Source: Candidatus Heimdallarchaeota archaeon
Lineage (GTDB): Archaea; Asgardarchaeota; Heimdallarchaeia; Heimdallarchaeales; Heimdallarchaeaceae
Assembly (NCBI GenBank): GCA_021399345.1
Contig: JAAFKI010000171.1
Location: 1 to 22,013 of the forward strand
Direction: 5' to 3'
DNA: 22,013 nt
The notes below the pieces were generated by a model. The model was not told the origin of the DNA. It was given only the letters and a program-made list of their open reading frames with translations, and did no database searches. This document shows, piece after piece, positions 7,613 to 16,400 of the stretch. Each line of letters starts with the position of its first letter. Positions within the stretch are counted from its first letter, which is position 1. The position numbers and the translations under genes were made by a program.

Positions 7613-9067
7613 TCAATCTAGAGATGGTTTGGGAGAAGGAGTTCCCTCCTCGCCCAATATCTCATCAAAGGTGAGCTTTGCTTGTTCGTCGAAATCAGCG
7701 ATTTTCTCAATTTCTAAAATTTCTTCCTCTTTCTGTTCTAAGATTGCTTTCATTTCTTCTTCGCGGAGTTGAGCAATCTTTTCCAAATTCATGTACTTTA
7801 TTACAATTAATCCTACGGTTCCAGCTAGTGCAATACAGATTGTTATGATGATAAATATCCAACTTGTGGGAATAACCCCTGCTAAAGTAGCTGCAATTAC
7901 AGAAGCGGTTACAGATGCAGCAGTAATCACTGTATCTATAACTCCTGAAATCTTACCTAAATCCTTGTTTGGAACGATTCTTTGAATGAGGGTAGCGAAT
8001 GGAAGGTTAAAACCAACATTGATACAGCCAACTAGTATCATACCCATCCATATCCACACTACACCTCCTGGTGCAAATGGTGCGATGGCTAAGAAAGCTA
8101 AGCAGAAACTTGCTACTAAAATTGTGACGGACATGAAAGTTAATTTTCGCTTAAGTTGTCCTTTCACAGATAGAACAATTGCAAGTATTAAACCACTTAT
8201 AGCTGCAAAGCTCATCATCATTCCAAATTCTTTTTCGCCTACGCCAAATTCGAAATTCATGTAAGGAACGATAAGTGGATCTATCATCCCTATCATGAGT
8301 ATTGTAAATGAAAATAGAATTATAACAAAAGTAATTATTTTATCAGTAAATGCTAGCCTGAATCCATCTTTTAATCCAGTTCCAACACTTCGTAGAGTGA
8401 TTTTATCTTCTGTTTTCTCAGGCTTTAGATTTTTCCTTATAGTAAATAATAATATTGCAGATACGATGTATGAACTACCATCTATTATGAAAGATATATC
8501 AAATCCAAAAGCAGCTATAAGAAACCCAGCAAGTAAAGGTCCTATTAATCTGGAAAGCTGGCTAGTTGTTTGAATAAACCCATTAGCGGATAAAAGTTGA
8601 TCTTGTTTTACTAACATAGGAATGCTAGCTGTTTTGGCAGGATAGAAGAATTGTCTAACAGATGAGTTGAAAAGAGCAAATAAATATAGATGCCACATCT
8701 GTGCTGCTAGAATCAGACCAAAAGCAGCTAAAGATCCTAGTAAATCAGCGATAATCATTACTTTTTTACGATCAAATTTATCTACAAGGACTCCTGCAAT
8801 AGGTCCTAATAGTAACATTGGAAGCAAAGTAAAAGTGGTCATTAAAGCTATAGCTCGAGTTGCTTCATTTTCAGTTAAACCACTTGTAAATACTAAAGCC
8901 ATGAAAATTATTGCTACACTTGTAAAATACGAGCCTACATTACTAATAAATCCTCCAAGAAATAATGCTGAGAAATCCCAACTTCTTAACAATGCCAGAG
9001 GGTTGGGTTTCTTTTCCTCAGCTGTAATATCATCATTAAGTTCACTCGCAGGTTGAACATTCTTCAT
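7613..9067 (-). CDS. MFS transporter (DHA3/macrolide-efflux-like exporter)
   Basis: About 12 TM helices, motif A GVLVDKFDRKKVM, FFYPAKTASIPMLV...LLSANG, and a long acidic C-terminal tail. Confidence 0.9.
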   Translation of the reverse strand: MKNVQPASELNDDITAEEKKPNPLALLRSWDFSALFLGGFISNVGSYFTSVAIIFMALVFTSGLTENEATRAIALMTTFTLLPMLLLGPIAGVLVDKFDRKKVMIIADLLGSLAAFGLILAAQMWHLYLFALFNSSVRQFFYPAKTASIPMLVKQDQLLSANGFIQTTSQLSRLIGPLLAGFLIAAFGFDISFIIDGSSYIVSAILLFTIRKNLKPEKTEDKITLRSVGTGLKDGFRLAFTDKIITFVIILFSFTILMIGMIDPLIVPYMNFEFGVGEKEFGMMMSFAAISGLILAIVLSVKGQLKRKLTFMSVTILVASFCLAFLAIAPFAPGGVVWIWMGMILVGCINVGFNLPFATLIQRIVPNKDLGKISGVIDTVITAASVTASVIAATLAGVIPTSWIFIIITICIALAGTVGLIVIKYMNLEKIAQLREEEMKAILEQKEEEILEIEKIADFDEQAKLTFDEILGEEGTPSPKPSLD

Positions 9068-9077
9068 AGCTACACCT

Positions 9078-9203
9078 TTATCTTCTAATTGAACTATCAG
9101 TGGTCAGTCTATTAGAGAGTGTTGAGAAGAAGTGACCACCTAATGACCAATATTCAATTTTAGATGTTTTGTGAGTTCGTTTTGTTTTTTGATACGCTTT
9201 CAT
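9078..9203 (-). CDS. Candidate 41-aa leader peptide (uORF) upstream of the MFS gene
   Basis: MKAYQKTKRTHKTSKIEYWSLGGHFFSTLSNRLTTDSSIRR*. The stop lies 10 nt before the MFS ATG and AAGGA lies upstream. No evidence of translation. Confidence 0.35.
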   Translation of the reverse strand: MKAYQKTKRTHKTSKIEYWSLGGHFFSTLSNRLTTDSSIRR

Positions 9204-9543
9204 TTTTCATGCATTCCTTTTTGTTTGATAATTTACAATAAAACTCTTGTTTATTAAGGAATTTTAAAAATCATAAGTTTAAGAGGCTGAAACTTAAGTT
9301 TATTTGAGAAATGCTTCTATTGAATCAGATAATTTCTTAGTGAATGGTTTCAAAGCAAAAGTGAATATATTAAGCTGAAAGGTTAAAGCTGAGATAGGAT
9401 AAGCTAAACTGCTCTATTTTAGATAAAAAGAACTGGATAGTAAAAAAATTAGCCAAAATTAAATAAAAAAAAGCTAAAGAGATGTGTTATTTTCTCTTTT
9501 TTATCTTCAGTTTCTACTTTAGAACACTAATAATAATTTGTTA

Positions 9544-10398
9544 TCATATTTCAGGAGGTCCTTGTTCTATATAATCAAAACATTCTGTTTTATCTGTAGA
9601 TTCATCTATTGATTCTACCAACCAAGTAGCACCAACATCAATATACTCTGATAACAATTCTTCACGTTTTTGAGAATCAATTCCCATAGTACGAACACTA
9701 GCTACAATATCAAAATCCTTCATGTTAGAACGATGTTCTTTGATTAGTGAAATAATTTCTAGTAGTGTTTTCGGTGTTGGAAAGAAATCTTCATTATCCA
9801 TTGGTACAACTCCATCTAACTTCGCACTCCTAATGAAAGGTTTCTTATAAGGCCACGTTCCAGATCCCCAAACAGGTATTCGTGGAGTTTGTAAGGCTTT
9901 AGGTAAGAAAGTTACATTGTCAATTTTATAATGCTCACCATTATAGCTAAATTTTTTTCCACTCCACAGTCCTAATAAAACGTCCAGTCCTTCATCCATC
10001 TTTTTAGCTCTTATTTTAATATCTGACTCTTCACCAAATGCTGCAAATTCCTCTTCAGGAGGAAAGCCTAAACCTACCCCCAATATTAATCTCCCTTTTG
10101 AAAAACGATCTAAAGATACAGTTTCTCGAGCTAATTTCCAAGGTCGACGTCTAGGAATTGGAGTAACAGTTGTTCCTAATTTTATCTTTTTAGTTCTAGA
10201 TGCCATCGCAGTTAATGCTATCCATGGATCAACAATTTGATGAATTGGATCTTTACTCCCTAGTATCCAATCCCATATGAAATGTCCATTCCATCCAGCT
10301 TTTTCTATTTTTTGTGATATATTAACTAAGTTATCAATTGACCCATAAAATTCTCCAATATTGGGTGTAACTATCCCATATTTGATTTTTTTTGCCAT
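9544..10398 (-). CDS. LLM-class (luciferase-like) flavin/F420-dependent oxidoreductase
   Basis: DPWIALTAMA..TKKIKLGTTVTP..RRRPWKLARE..SLDRFSKGRLILGVGLG, FSYNGEHY and PRIPVW. Confidence 0.92.
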   Translation of the reverse strand: MAKKIKYGIVTPNIGEFYGSIDNLVNISQKIEKAGWNGHFIWDWILGSKDPIHQIVDPWIALTAMASRTKKIKLGTTVTPIPRRRPWKLARETVSLDRFSKGRLILGVGLGFPPEEEFAAFGEESDIKIRAKKMDEGLDVLLGLWSGKKFSYNGEHYKIDNVTFLPKALQTPRIPVWGSGTWPYKKPFIRSAKLDGVVPMDNEDFFPTPKTLLEIISLIKEHRSNMKDFDIVASVRTMGIDSQKREELLSEYIDVGATWLVESIDESTDKTECFDYIEQGPPEI

Positions 10399-10625
10399 AA
10401 AACCACAATTTATGAGATGATTTTAGAAATATTAAACATTTTGGGAGAATTTTGGAGTTAAGATAGAAGTACATAAACTTCTTCAAAATCAGCTGTTTCA
10501 AAAGCAAAAATTAATAATACAATTGAAATTGTAGTTCTCGCTGTAAACCTTTTTCTCATGGAATTTGGATTTTAAGGAATTATAAAACTTTTATGCGAAA
10601 GAATGTTGATTTTTGTTCATCAGTT

Positions 10626-10644
10626 AGTTTAAATAAGTTAAACT
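10626..10644 (+). promoter_or_regulatory. TATA box embedded in a perfect 7-5-7 inverted repeat upstream of the copper cluster
   Basis: AGTTTAA-ATAAG-TTAAACT, with TTTAAATA 22-29 nt before ATG 10657. Confidence 0.5.
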
Positions 10645-10656
10645 TCATTAGTTAAA

Positions 10657-10881
10657 ATGATAACAATGACTCAAGATTTAGTACTTGATATTCCTGATAT
10701 ACACTGTAAGATATGTGCAAATATTATCAAGAAAGCACTTGGTTTTACAGCAGGAGTGGAAACTATTGAAATAAACTTTGAGGAGAGAAATGCTTCAGTT
10801 TCTATAGATCCAGAACTGATAACAAGTAAAAAAATCAAAACTATAGTAATCGCTCTGGGTTTTTCAGCAATGATTATATAA
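10657..10881 (+). CDS. Heavy-metal-associated (HMA) domain protein, CopZ-like
   Basis: DIHCKIC metal motif, GV..I.I ferredoxin-like pattern and terminal LGF. Alternative start at 10666. Confidence 0.85.
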   Translation: MITMTQDLVLDIPDIHCKICANIIKKALGFTAGVETIEINFEERNASVSIDPELITSKKIKTIVIALGFSAMII

Positions 10882-11043
10882 TCCTTTTGAACGAGAAAGA
10901 TTTTGTATCACAATCTAGAATTTCTAGGTTTTTGTTAGGTTTCCAATTTACAGCAAATTTGAATATATCATTTCTAAAGAGATTTAAATTTTTGTAAAAC
11001 CAATAGCTATTATAAAGTGAAATGCTAGATTAAATTGATAAAT

Positions 11044-11256
11044 ATGGATGAACTAACATTAAATGTAACTGGAATGACTTGTGGTCATTGTCAAATGTCA
11101 GTAGCAAAAGCACTGAAAGATATTTCTGGTGTTAAATCTGCAGAAGTAAATCTAGAAACAAATACAGCTGTAGTTGAGTATAAATCTGCAAAAACTACTA
11201 CAGAAGAAATGATAAAAGCTATAGAGGAAGCTGGTTACAAAGCTTCAGTTGCTTAA
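11044..11256 (+). CDS. copZ: Copper chaperone CopZ
   Basis: GMTCGHC...AIEEAGY, directly upstream of copA. ATG 11044 preferred to TTG 11035. Confidence 0.9.
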   Translation: MDELTLNVTGMTCGHCQMSVAKALKDISGVKSAEVNLETNTAVVEYKSAKTTTEEMIKAIEEAGYKASVA

Positions 11257-11318
11257 CACGATTTAGTAGTTAATTTTGTTATACTTTTTAATAATTACTT
11301 ATAAGAAGGAAACCAATT

Positions 11319-13676
11319 ATGGAAGAAAATGTAGAAAAAAAGACTATCGCTTTGGAAGGAATGCACTGTGCTGCGTGTGTAACTAGAATAGAGAAAGCTA
11401 TATCTTCTGTAGAGGGTGTTGATTCTGCAGCTGTTAACCTGATAAGCCATAATGCTCTACTCATCTATGATCCAACAATTGCAAAAGAGAAACAAATCAT
11501 TAAAGCAGTTGAAAAAGCTGGCTATAAGGCTTCTTTTGATGTTGATCAGCTATCATTCATGAAGAATAAACAGCTAATTGATATGCGCTGGAGATTCATA
11601 GCCAGTTTAGTTCTGTCTTTGCCTGTTTTCATCTTTGCAATGGGTCATATGATCCCATTTAACAGCTGGTTTCCAGGTTTAGCTTCTTGGTTAATGAATA
11701 CCTATATCTCTCCAAATATGTTGCTTTCAAATCTACTACAACTAATTCTTACAACTCCCATTCAATTCATTATTGCTTATCCCTTCTATAAGGCGGCTTG
11801 GAAGAGCTTAATTAACCGAAGTGCTTCAATGGATGTCCTTGTTGTTCTTGGAACAAGTGCTGCTTATTTCTACAGTTTGTTTTCAATAATCTACGCATTT
11901 TATGTTCCTGCTTATCATGGTTCAGTATTCTTTGAAACATCAGCAATCCTACTAACTTTCATTTTTCTAGGAAAATATTTAGAAGAAATAGCTAAAGGTA
12001 GAACTTCTGAAGCTATTAAGAAATTAATAGAACTACGTCCTGATACAGCTCTAGTTGTTCGTAATGGTGAAGAAGTTGAGATACCTATAGATGACGTTGT
12101 TTTGGGAGATATCTGTGTTATCAAACCTGGAGATAGTATTCCTGTTGATGGAACGATTGTTGAAGGGCAATCATATATCAACGAAAGTATGATCACAGGA
12201 GAAAGCGTTTCAGTTTTTAAAGAACCTGAAGATTCTCTAATAGGTGGAACAATTAATGAAAATGGTTTTGTTAAAATGGAAGCTAAGAGAGTGGGTGTTG
12301 ATACAACACTCAATCAGATAATCAAAATGGTTGATGAAGCTCAAACATCTAAAATCCCTATTCAAAAATTAGCTGATAGGATTTCCGCTTGGTTCGTTCC
12401 TTCTGTTGTAGTTATTTCTTTAATCACCTTTACAATCTGGTTCTTGCTATTTCAATTCGGAGCTATAGACATTAATACAATTACTGGTGGAGTTTCTGCA
12501 GGAATAAGTTCAATATTCCTCTATTCTTTTCTATTAGCTATTACTGTACTGGTAATTTCTTGCCCTTGTGCTCTAGGGCTTGCAACTCCAACAGCTATTA
12601 TGGTAGGTACTGGTATTGGTGCTCAAAATGGAATTCTAATTCGAAGTGGGGAGGCCCTAGAAATTGCTCGAAACGTTAATGTTGTTCTTTTTGATAAAAC
12701 TGGAACAATCACTGAAGGGTCACCTAAAATTACTGAAGTAATTTCTACTGCTAGCGATCAAAGTGAGAAAAGCATTCTCAGAATTGCTGCATCTTTAGAA
12801 CAAGGATCTGAACACTCAATAGCTAAAGCCATTTTGCACAAGGCTGAAGAAGAGAAAATAGACATTATAAAAATAGATAACTTTGAAGCTCATCCTGGAA
12901 AGGGAATTGAAGCTGAAATAAACAATGAGCATTATTCTTTTGGAAATCGGAAGCTAAGTAACATTCTAGAAGCTTCTATTGAAGATGAGATTGAACAAAA
13001 AATGGTTGAGTTGGAAAATCAAGGTAAAACCGTTATGGTTCTAATCAGTAAAAAGAATGTAATTGGCTTAATTGCTATATCTGATACAATAAAACCAAAT
13101 TCTATAGAAGCCATATTACAGCTTCAAGAAATGGGTTTGAAAGTCGTGATGGTTAGCGGAGACAACATTAGGGCAGCTAAAGCTATTGCAGCAGAAGTCG
13201 GTATAGATGAGGTGCACGCAGATGTTTTGCCAGAAGAGAAAGTAAATGTAGTCTCCAATTATCAGAGCAAAAACCAAAAAGTGTTATTTGTTGGGGATGG
13301 AATCAATGACGCTCCAGCTTTAGCTAAAGCTGATGTAGGTATTGCAATAGGTTCTGGAACAGATGTAGCAATCGAAACTGGTGATATTGTTCTTGTAAAA
13401 GATGACTTGAGAGATGTTGTAACTGCTATTGACTTAAGTAAGAAAACTATTAGAAAAGTGAAAATGGGTCTATTTTGGGCATTGATATACAATACTCTTG
13501 GTATTCCTATTGCAGCTGGTATTTTAGTTCCCGCAGGTTTTCTTTTACCAGCTGAATTGGCTGGTTTAGCTATGGCTCTTTCATCATTATCAGTTGTGAC
13601 AAATTCACTCTTACTCAAAAGATACAAGAACCCTTTTGTGAGAAAGAAACCATTAAAAAACCTTCAACTTAATTAG
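11319..13676 (+). CDS. copA: Cu(I)-exporting P1B-1 ATPase
   Basis: N-terminal GMHCAAC, TGES, CPC, DKTGT, GDGINDAP, YN in TM7 and MALSS in TM8 (P1B-1 signature). Confidence 0.95.
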   Translation: MEENVEKKTIALEGMHCAACVTRIEKAISSVEGVDSAAVNLISHNALLIYDPTIAKEKQIIKAVEKAGYKASFDVDQLSFMKNKQLIDMRWRFIASLVLSLPVFIFAMGHMIPFNSWFPGLASWLMNTYISPNMLLSNLLQLILTTPIQFIIAYPFYKAAWKSLINRSASMDVLVVLGTSAAYFYSLFSIIYAFYVPAYHGSVFFETSAILLTFIFLGKYLEEIAKGRTSEAIKKLIELRPDTALVVRNGEEVEIPIDDVVLGDICVIKPGDSIPVDGTIVEGQSYINESMITGESVSVFKEPEDSLIGGTINENGFVKMEAKRVGVDTTLNQIIKMVDEAQTSKIPIQKLADRISAWFVPSVVVISLITFTIWFLLFQFGAIDINTITGGVSAGISSIFLYSFLLAITVLVISCPCALGLATPTAIMVGTGIGAQNGILIRSGEALEIARNVNVVLFDKTGTITEGSPKITEVISTASDQSEKSILRIAASLEQGSEHSIAKAILHKAEEEKIDIIKIDNFEAHPGKGIEAEINNEHYSFGNRKLSNILEASIEDEIEQKMVELENQGKTVMVLISKKNVIGLIAISDTIKPNSIEAILQLQEMGLKVVMVSGDNIRAAKAIAAEVGIDEVHADVLPEEKVNVVSNYQSKNQKVLFVGDGINDAPALAKADVGIAIGSGTDVAIETGDIVLVKDDLRDVVTAIDLSKKTIRKVKMGLFWALIYNTLGIPIAAGILVPAGFLLPAELAGLAMALSSLSVVTNSLLLKRYKNPFVRKKPLKNLQLN

Positions 13677-13783
13677 TAATTCATCATGCAGATTTAAGCA
13701 CTTATTAATGTTCTTGAAGGTTTAAACTGCAATTGAACTCATTCTTCGAAATATATATGAGTGTTTTAACACAAAGTGTTTAG

Positions 13784-14278
13784 ATGATAAGCATAGCTCT
13801 TGATTTATCAAATAAACAGAAGAAAACCAGTATTGATTTTATTGGATCTGTTACTTTTCCTTCTGGTTATGTCCCACATCTTCTGAAAGGGCTTGATTAT
13901 ACATCCTTTCTCCCCTTTATTATGATTAAACCAAGTAGATTATTTTTTATCTACTGGCAACCATTCAGAGAAAATTCGTTCTCACTTGAATATCTTTCTG
14001 ATTTAAGGTCCAGACTTGTTAATAAATATTATATTGGAGATACTATGAAAGTGCTTGATTTCCGAATAGATGATTTCAAAGATAAGGAATGTTATTTGTT
14101 CTCTGGTATGTGGGAAAATCAAGGAGATAAGCTAAAAGGTATTTTTGAGACAATTGCTTTCAAACACAATGACTTTTTAATTTTATTTGATATCTCAACA
14201 ATAGACAAGAATCCTGATGGAAAAACTATGCAAGAACTTCGAAATATCCGATTAACATTTGAAATGGACAGGGAGTGA
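13784..14278 (+). CDS. Hypothetical protein, possibly related to the C-terminal part of DUF4837
   Basis: Long ORF with upstream ATATATAT. The pattern P.GY...R...KY..G...GMWEN...G.F...MQEL..I..TF is recalled as DUF4837-like and is unverified. Confidence 0.6.
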   Translation: MISIALDLSNKQKKTSIDFIGSVTFPSGYVPHLLKGLDYTSFLPFIMIKPSRLFFIYWQPFRENSFSLEYLSDLRSRLVNKYYIGDTMKVLDFRIDDFKDKECYLFSGMWENQGDKLKGIFETIAFKHNDFLILFDISTIDKNPDGKTMQELRNIRLTFEMDRE

Positions 14279-14364
14279 TTTTGGTGATTTTTTATCTATT
14301 GTTGGTAACATTTATATATTCCTCAACAATGTTTTGCAAGAGAATAATATCGGGAGTCTCCTAA

Positions 14365-15594
14365 ATGAAAATTAATAAAAAATTGTTCTATGTTACATTT
14401 ATATCTGTTTTAGTGATTTCTTCAATCCCTAATTATACACTTGCTGTAGAAACATTTTCAGATGATCTTCCTCAACTAACTGCAGGAAATCAGGGGGAAT
14501 ATTTGATGGTTTATATAAGAAATAGTATTTCAGTTGAAGAAATATACGATCGAAATATTTTCTCAAGAAATATTAGAAAGACTCCAACTGAATTTCAAAC
14601 TATAGAAAATAACGACACTTTAGTAACCCCTTTGCGTTTTATACTTGATGACATAACAGTATATATTAACAAAACAGCAATTATAACATTTAATGAAATA
14701 ACTTACTTGTTTATGGCTGCACATGAAATGATTAGCGGTAATCTAACATTTTTGGCTACAGAAACAACAGACAATGGTAGATCATGGTCAGATTTGTCCT
14801 ATTTTCTTAATACAACATTAGCTTTTGATGATTTTTATAATTTTGATGTTGCTTATAAAGGAGAGAATTTGTATTTAGCTTATAGTTATAGCCAAACGGT
14901 TAATAAAACTAAAGTTTTCAATATAGCTCCTGAAGATTACACAGTATTATCAGAAACTCAAGCTGGTAATTATTTTGGTGTAGATTTCAAATTATATCCA
15001 TATGATGGTAGAATTTATATTTTATCCACTGAACCTTTTCTAAAACAACAAGTGAGAATTACCTATACAACAATTGGATTTGGTTTTGAAGGACCAACTT
15101 TACTCCTTGATGCTCCTCAGCTCCTAACCGATGAGTTCAATCCAACTATGGTTCGTTGGAATAATGGTTTCTTTATGGCAGCTCATGATAAGCTTAATGA
15201 TGAGTTCAACCTTGCACAGAATATTACTTTTGATGAATATTATCTGTGGGGAGCTTGGTTTGAAGATGTTGATGAACCAAATTCTATTGAGTATCATACA
15301 GTTGTTAGAGATACAGCAGATGGTTATTTCAGAAAAGATCCAAGTTTAGAAGTTTATGAAGGCAGAATCTTCCTCTCTTATCAATATGGTGAAGGAAGTA
15401 GATTTGGTAGTGCTGGTACTCCTGATATCACTTTTGCTTTTTCAGCTGATTCTAAAACATGGACAAACGATTTTATCGGTAAAATCAGTGTTTTTCTAAA
15501 TCCAGGTGCTTACTTTGTTATTGCAACCATTGGTTGTTTTGCTCTTGTAGTCCCATCTCTCTTCTTTTATAACAAGTATAAGAAAGGAAAGTAA
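14365..15594 (+). CDS. Secreted, C-terminally anchored protein with Asp-box (BNR) repeats, sialidase-like beta-propeller
   Basis: Signal peptide, Asp-box-like TTDNGRSWS and SADSKTWT, and C-terminal TM plus KYKKGK. Confidence 0.75.
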   Translation: MKINKKLFYVTFISVLVISSIPNYTLAVETFSDDLPQLTAGNQGEYLMVYIRNSISVEEIYDRNIFSRNIRKTPTEFQTIENNDTLVTPLRFILDDITVYINKTAIITFNEITYLFMAAHEMISGNLTFLATETTDNGRSWSDLSYFLNTTLAFDDFYNFDVAYKGENLYLAYSYSQTVNKTKVFNIAPEDYTVLSETQAGNYFGVDFKLYPYDGRIYILSTEPFLKQQVRITYTTIGFGFEGPTLLLDAPQLLTDEFNPTMVRWNNGFFMAAHDKLNDEFNLAQNITFDEYYLWGAWFEDVDEPNSIEYHTVVRDTADGYFRKDPSLEVYEGRIFLSYQYGEGSRFGSAGTPDITFAFSADSKTWTNDFIGKISVFLNPGAYFVIATIGCFALVVPSLFFYNKYKKGK

Positions 15595-15662
15595 ATTCCA
15601 TCTTACGCTTTTTTTAGTTTTTATTTGATAAGTTTTTTAAATCCTCAAGGTACAGTACAGTT

Positions 15663-16370
15663 ATGCCTAACAATGCATTCAATACGTTTGTAATTATTTT
15701 GGGCTTTAGTTTATTAGGAATGCCTATTATCTTTATATCTCTAAGCACTGCTCCACCCGGTTTAGATGATTTTCAAAGCACAATCATAATAAATTCTGTA
15801 CCAGGTGATTCTCAAAGCGCAATTTATCTTAATAATACTGCCAATATTAATGGAAGTACAATTGATATTTGGGATGATATAACTGGCCTTCCTGAAATAT
15901 CAAATATTTATAACATCACTCAGCTGATTCTAAACGAACAAAGTTTTATGGAAAATGTAACCATCGAGGATTATAGTGGATTCAGCAAGTTAGTTCATGT
16001 TTTTATACTTGAAATGACCATAGTTAATGCTCCAACAAGTGCAGTTGCCAGAGAAAATTATGTTGATTTATTTGGATCAGATAATGGCACATTTATTTCT
16101 TGGATGTGGGCACCTGATGAATGGAACTCCTCCTATTATACTGAACCTAATTACCCTGACATTAACAGTACAATTGATTCGGTTTATTTGAACCATGGTG
16201 TGGATTTAGAATATGAGATTACAGTCAATTTCTATGCCAATGTAGATATTAATGGAACACAGTATGGGCTGGAATTTGTAAGATTGATTTACTTAAACCC
16301 CTCAGGAGATGTACTTTTCTTTCTTACAAACGAAACTGAATGGGGAATACTAATGGAACTAGACACTTAA
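15663..16370 (+). CDS. Hypothetical N-terminally anchored acidic surface glycoprotein
   Basis: One N-terminal TM, an acidic ectodomain and 9 N-x-S/T sequons. Confidence 0.75.
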   Translation: MPNNAFNTFVIILGFSLLGMPIIFISLSTAPPGLDDFQSTIIINSVPGDSQSAIYLNNTANINGSTIDIWDDITGLPEISNIYNITQLILNEQSFMENVTIEDYSGFSKLVHVFILEMTIVNAPTSAVARENYVDLFGSDNGTFISWMWAPDEWNSSYYTEPNYPDINSTIDSVYLNHGVDLEYEITVNFYANVDINGTQYGLEFVRLIYLNPSGDVLFFLTNETEWGILMELDT

Positions 16371-16400
16371 ACTGTCTTTTCTTTAGAAGAGAATGTTACT

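Noticed and set aside
7791-9056. Four plus-strand ORFs inside the MFS gene
   Set aside because: Antisense in-register shadows of a hydrophobic gene.
9372-9405. Three AAGCT direct repeats spaced 14-15 nt
   Set aside because: Too short for CRISPR or iterons and not associated with a clear gene start.
9347-10510. GTTTCAAA(A)GCAAAA on both sides of the LLM gene (9347 and 10495) as a possible insertion-site duplication
   Set aside because: Short, A-rich and imperfect, with no mobility gene, so chance cannot be excluded.
10518-10533. Possible CopY/BlaI cop box
   Set aside because: The cop box is TACA-N2-TGTA, whereas here the spacing is N8 and no copY gene is present.
11915-13627. Minus-strand ORFs 11915..12313 and 13262..13627
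   Set aside because: Antisense shadows of copA.
15131-15349. 72-aa alternative-frame ORF
   Set aside because: Fully nested in the 409-aa gene with no independent support.
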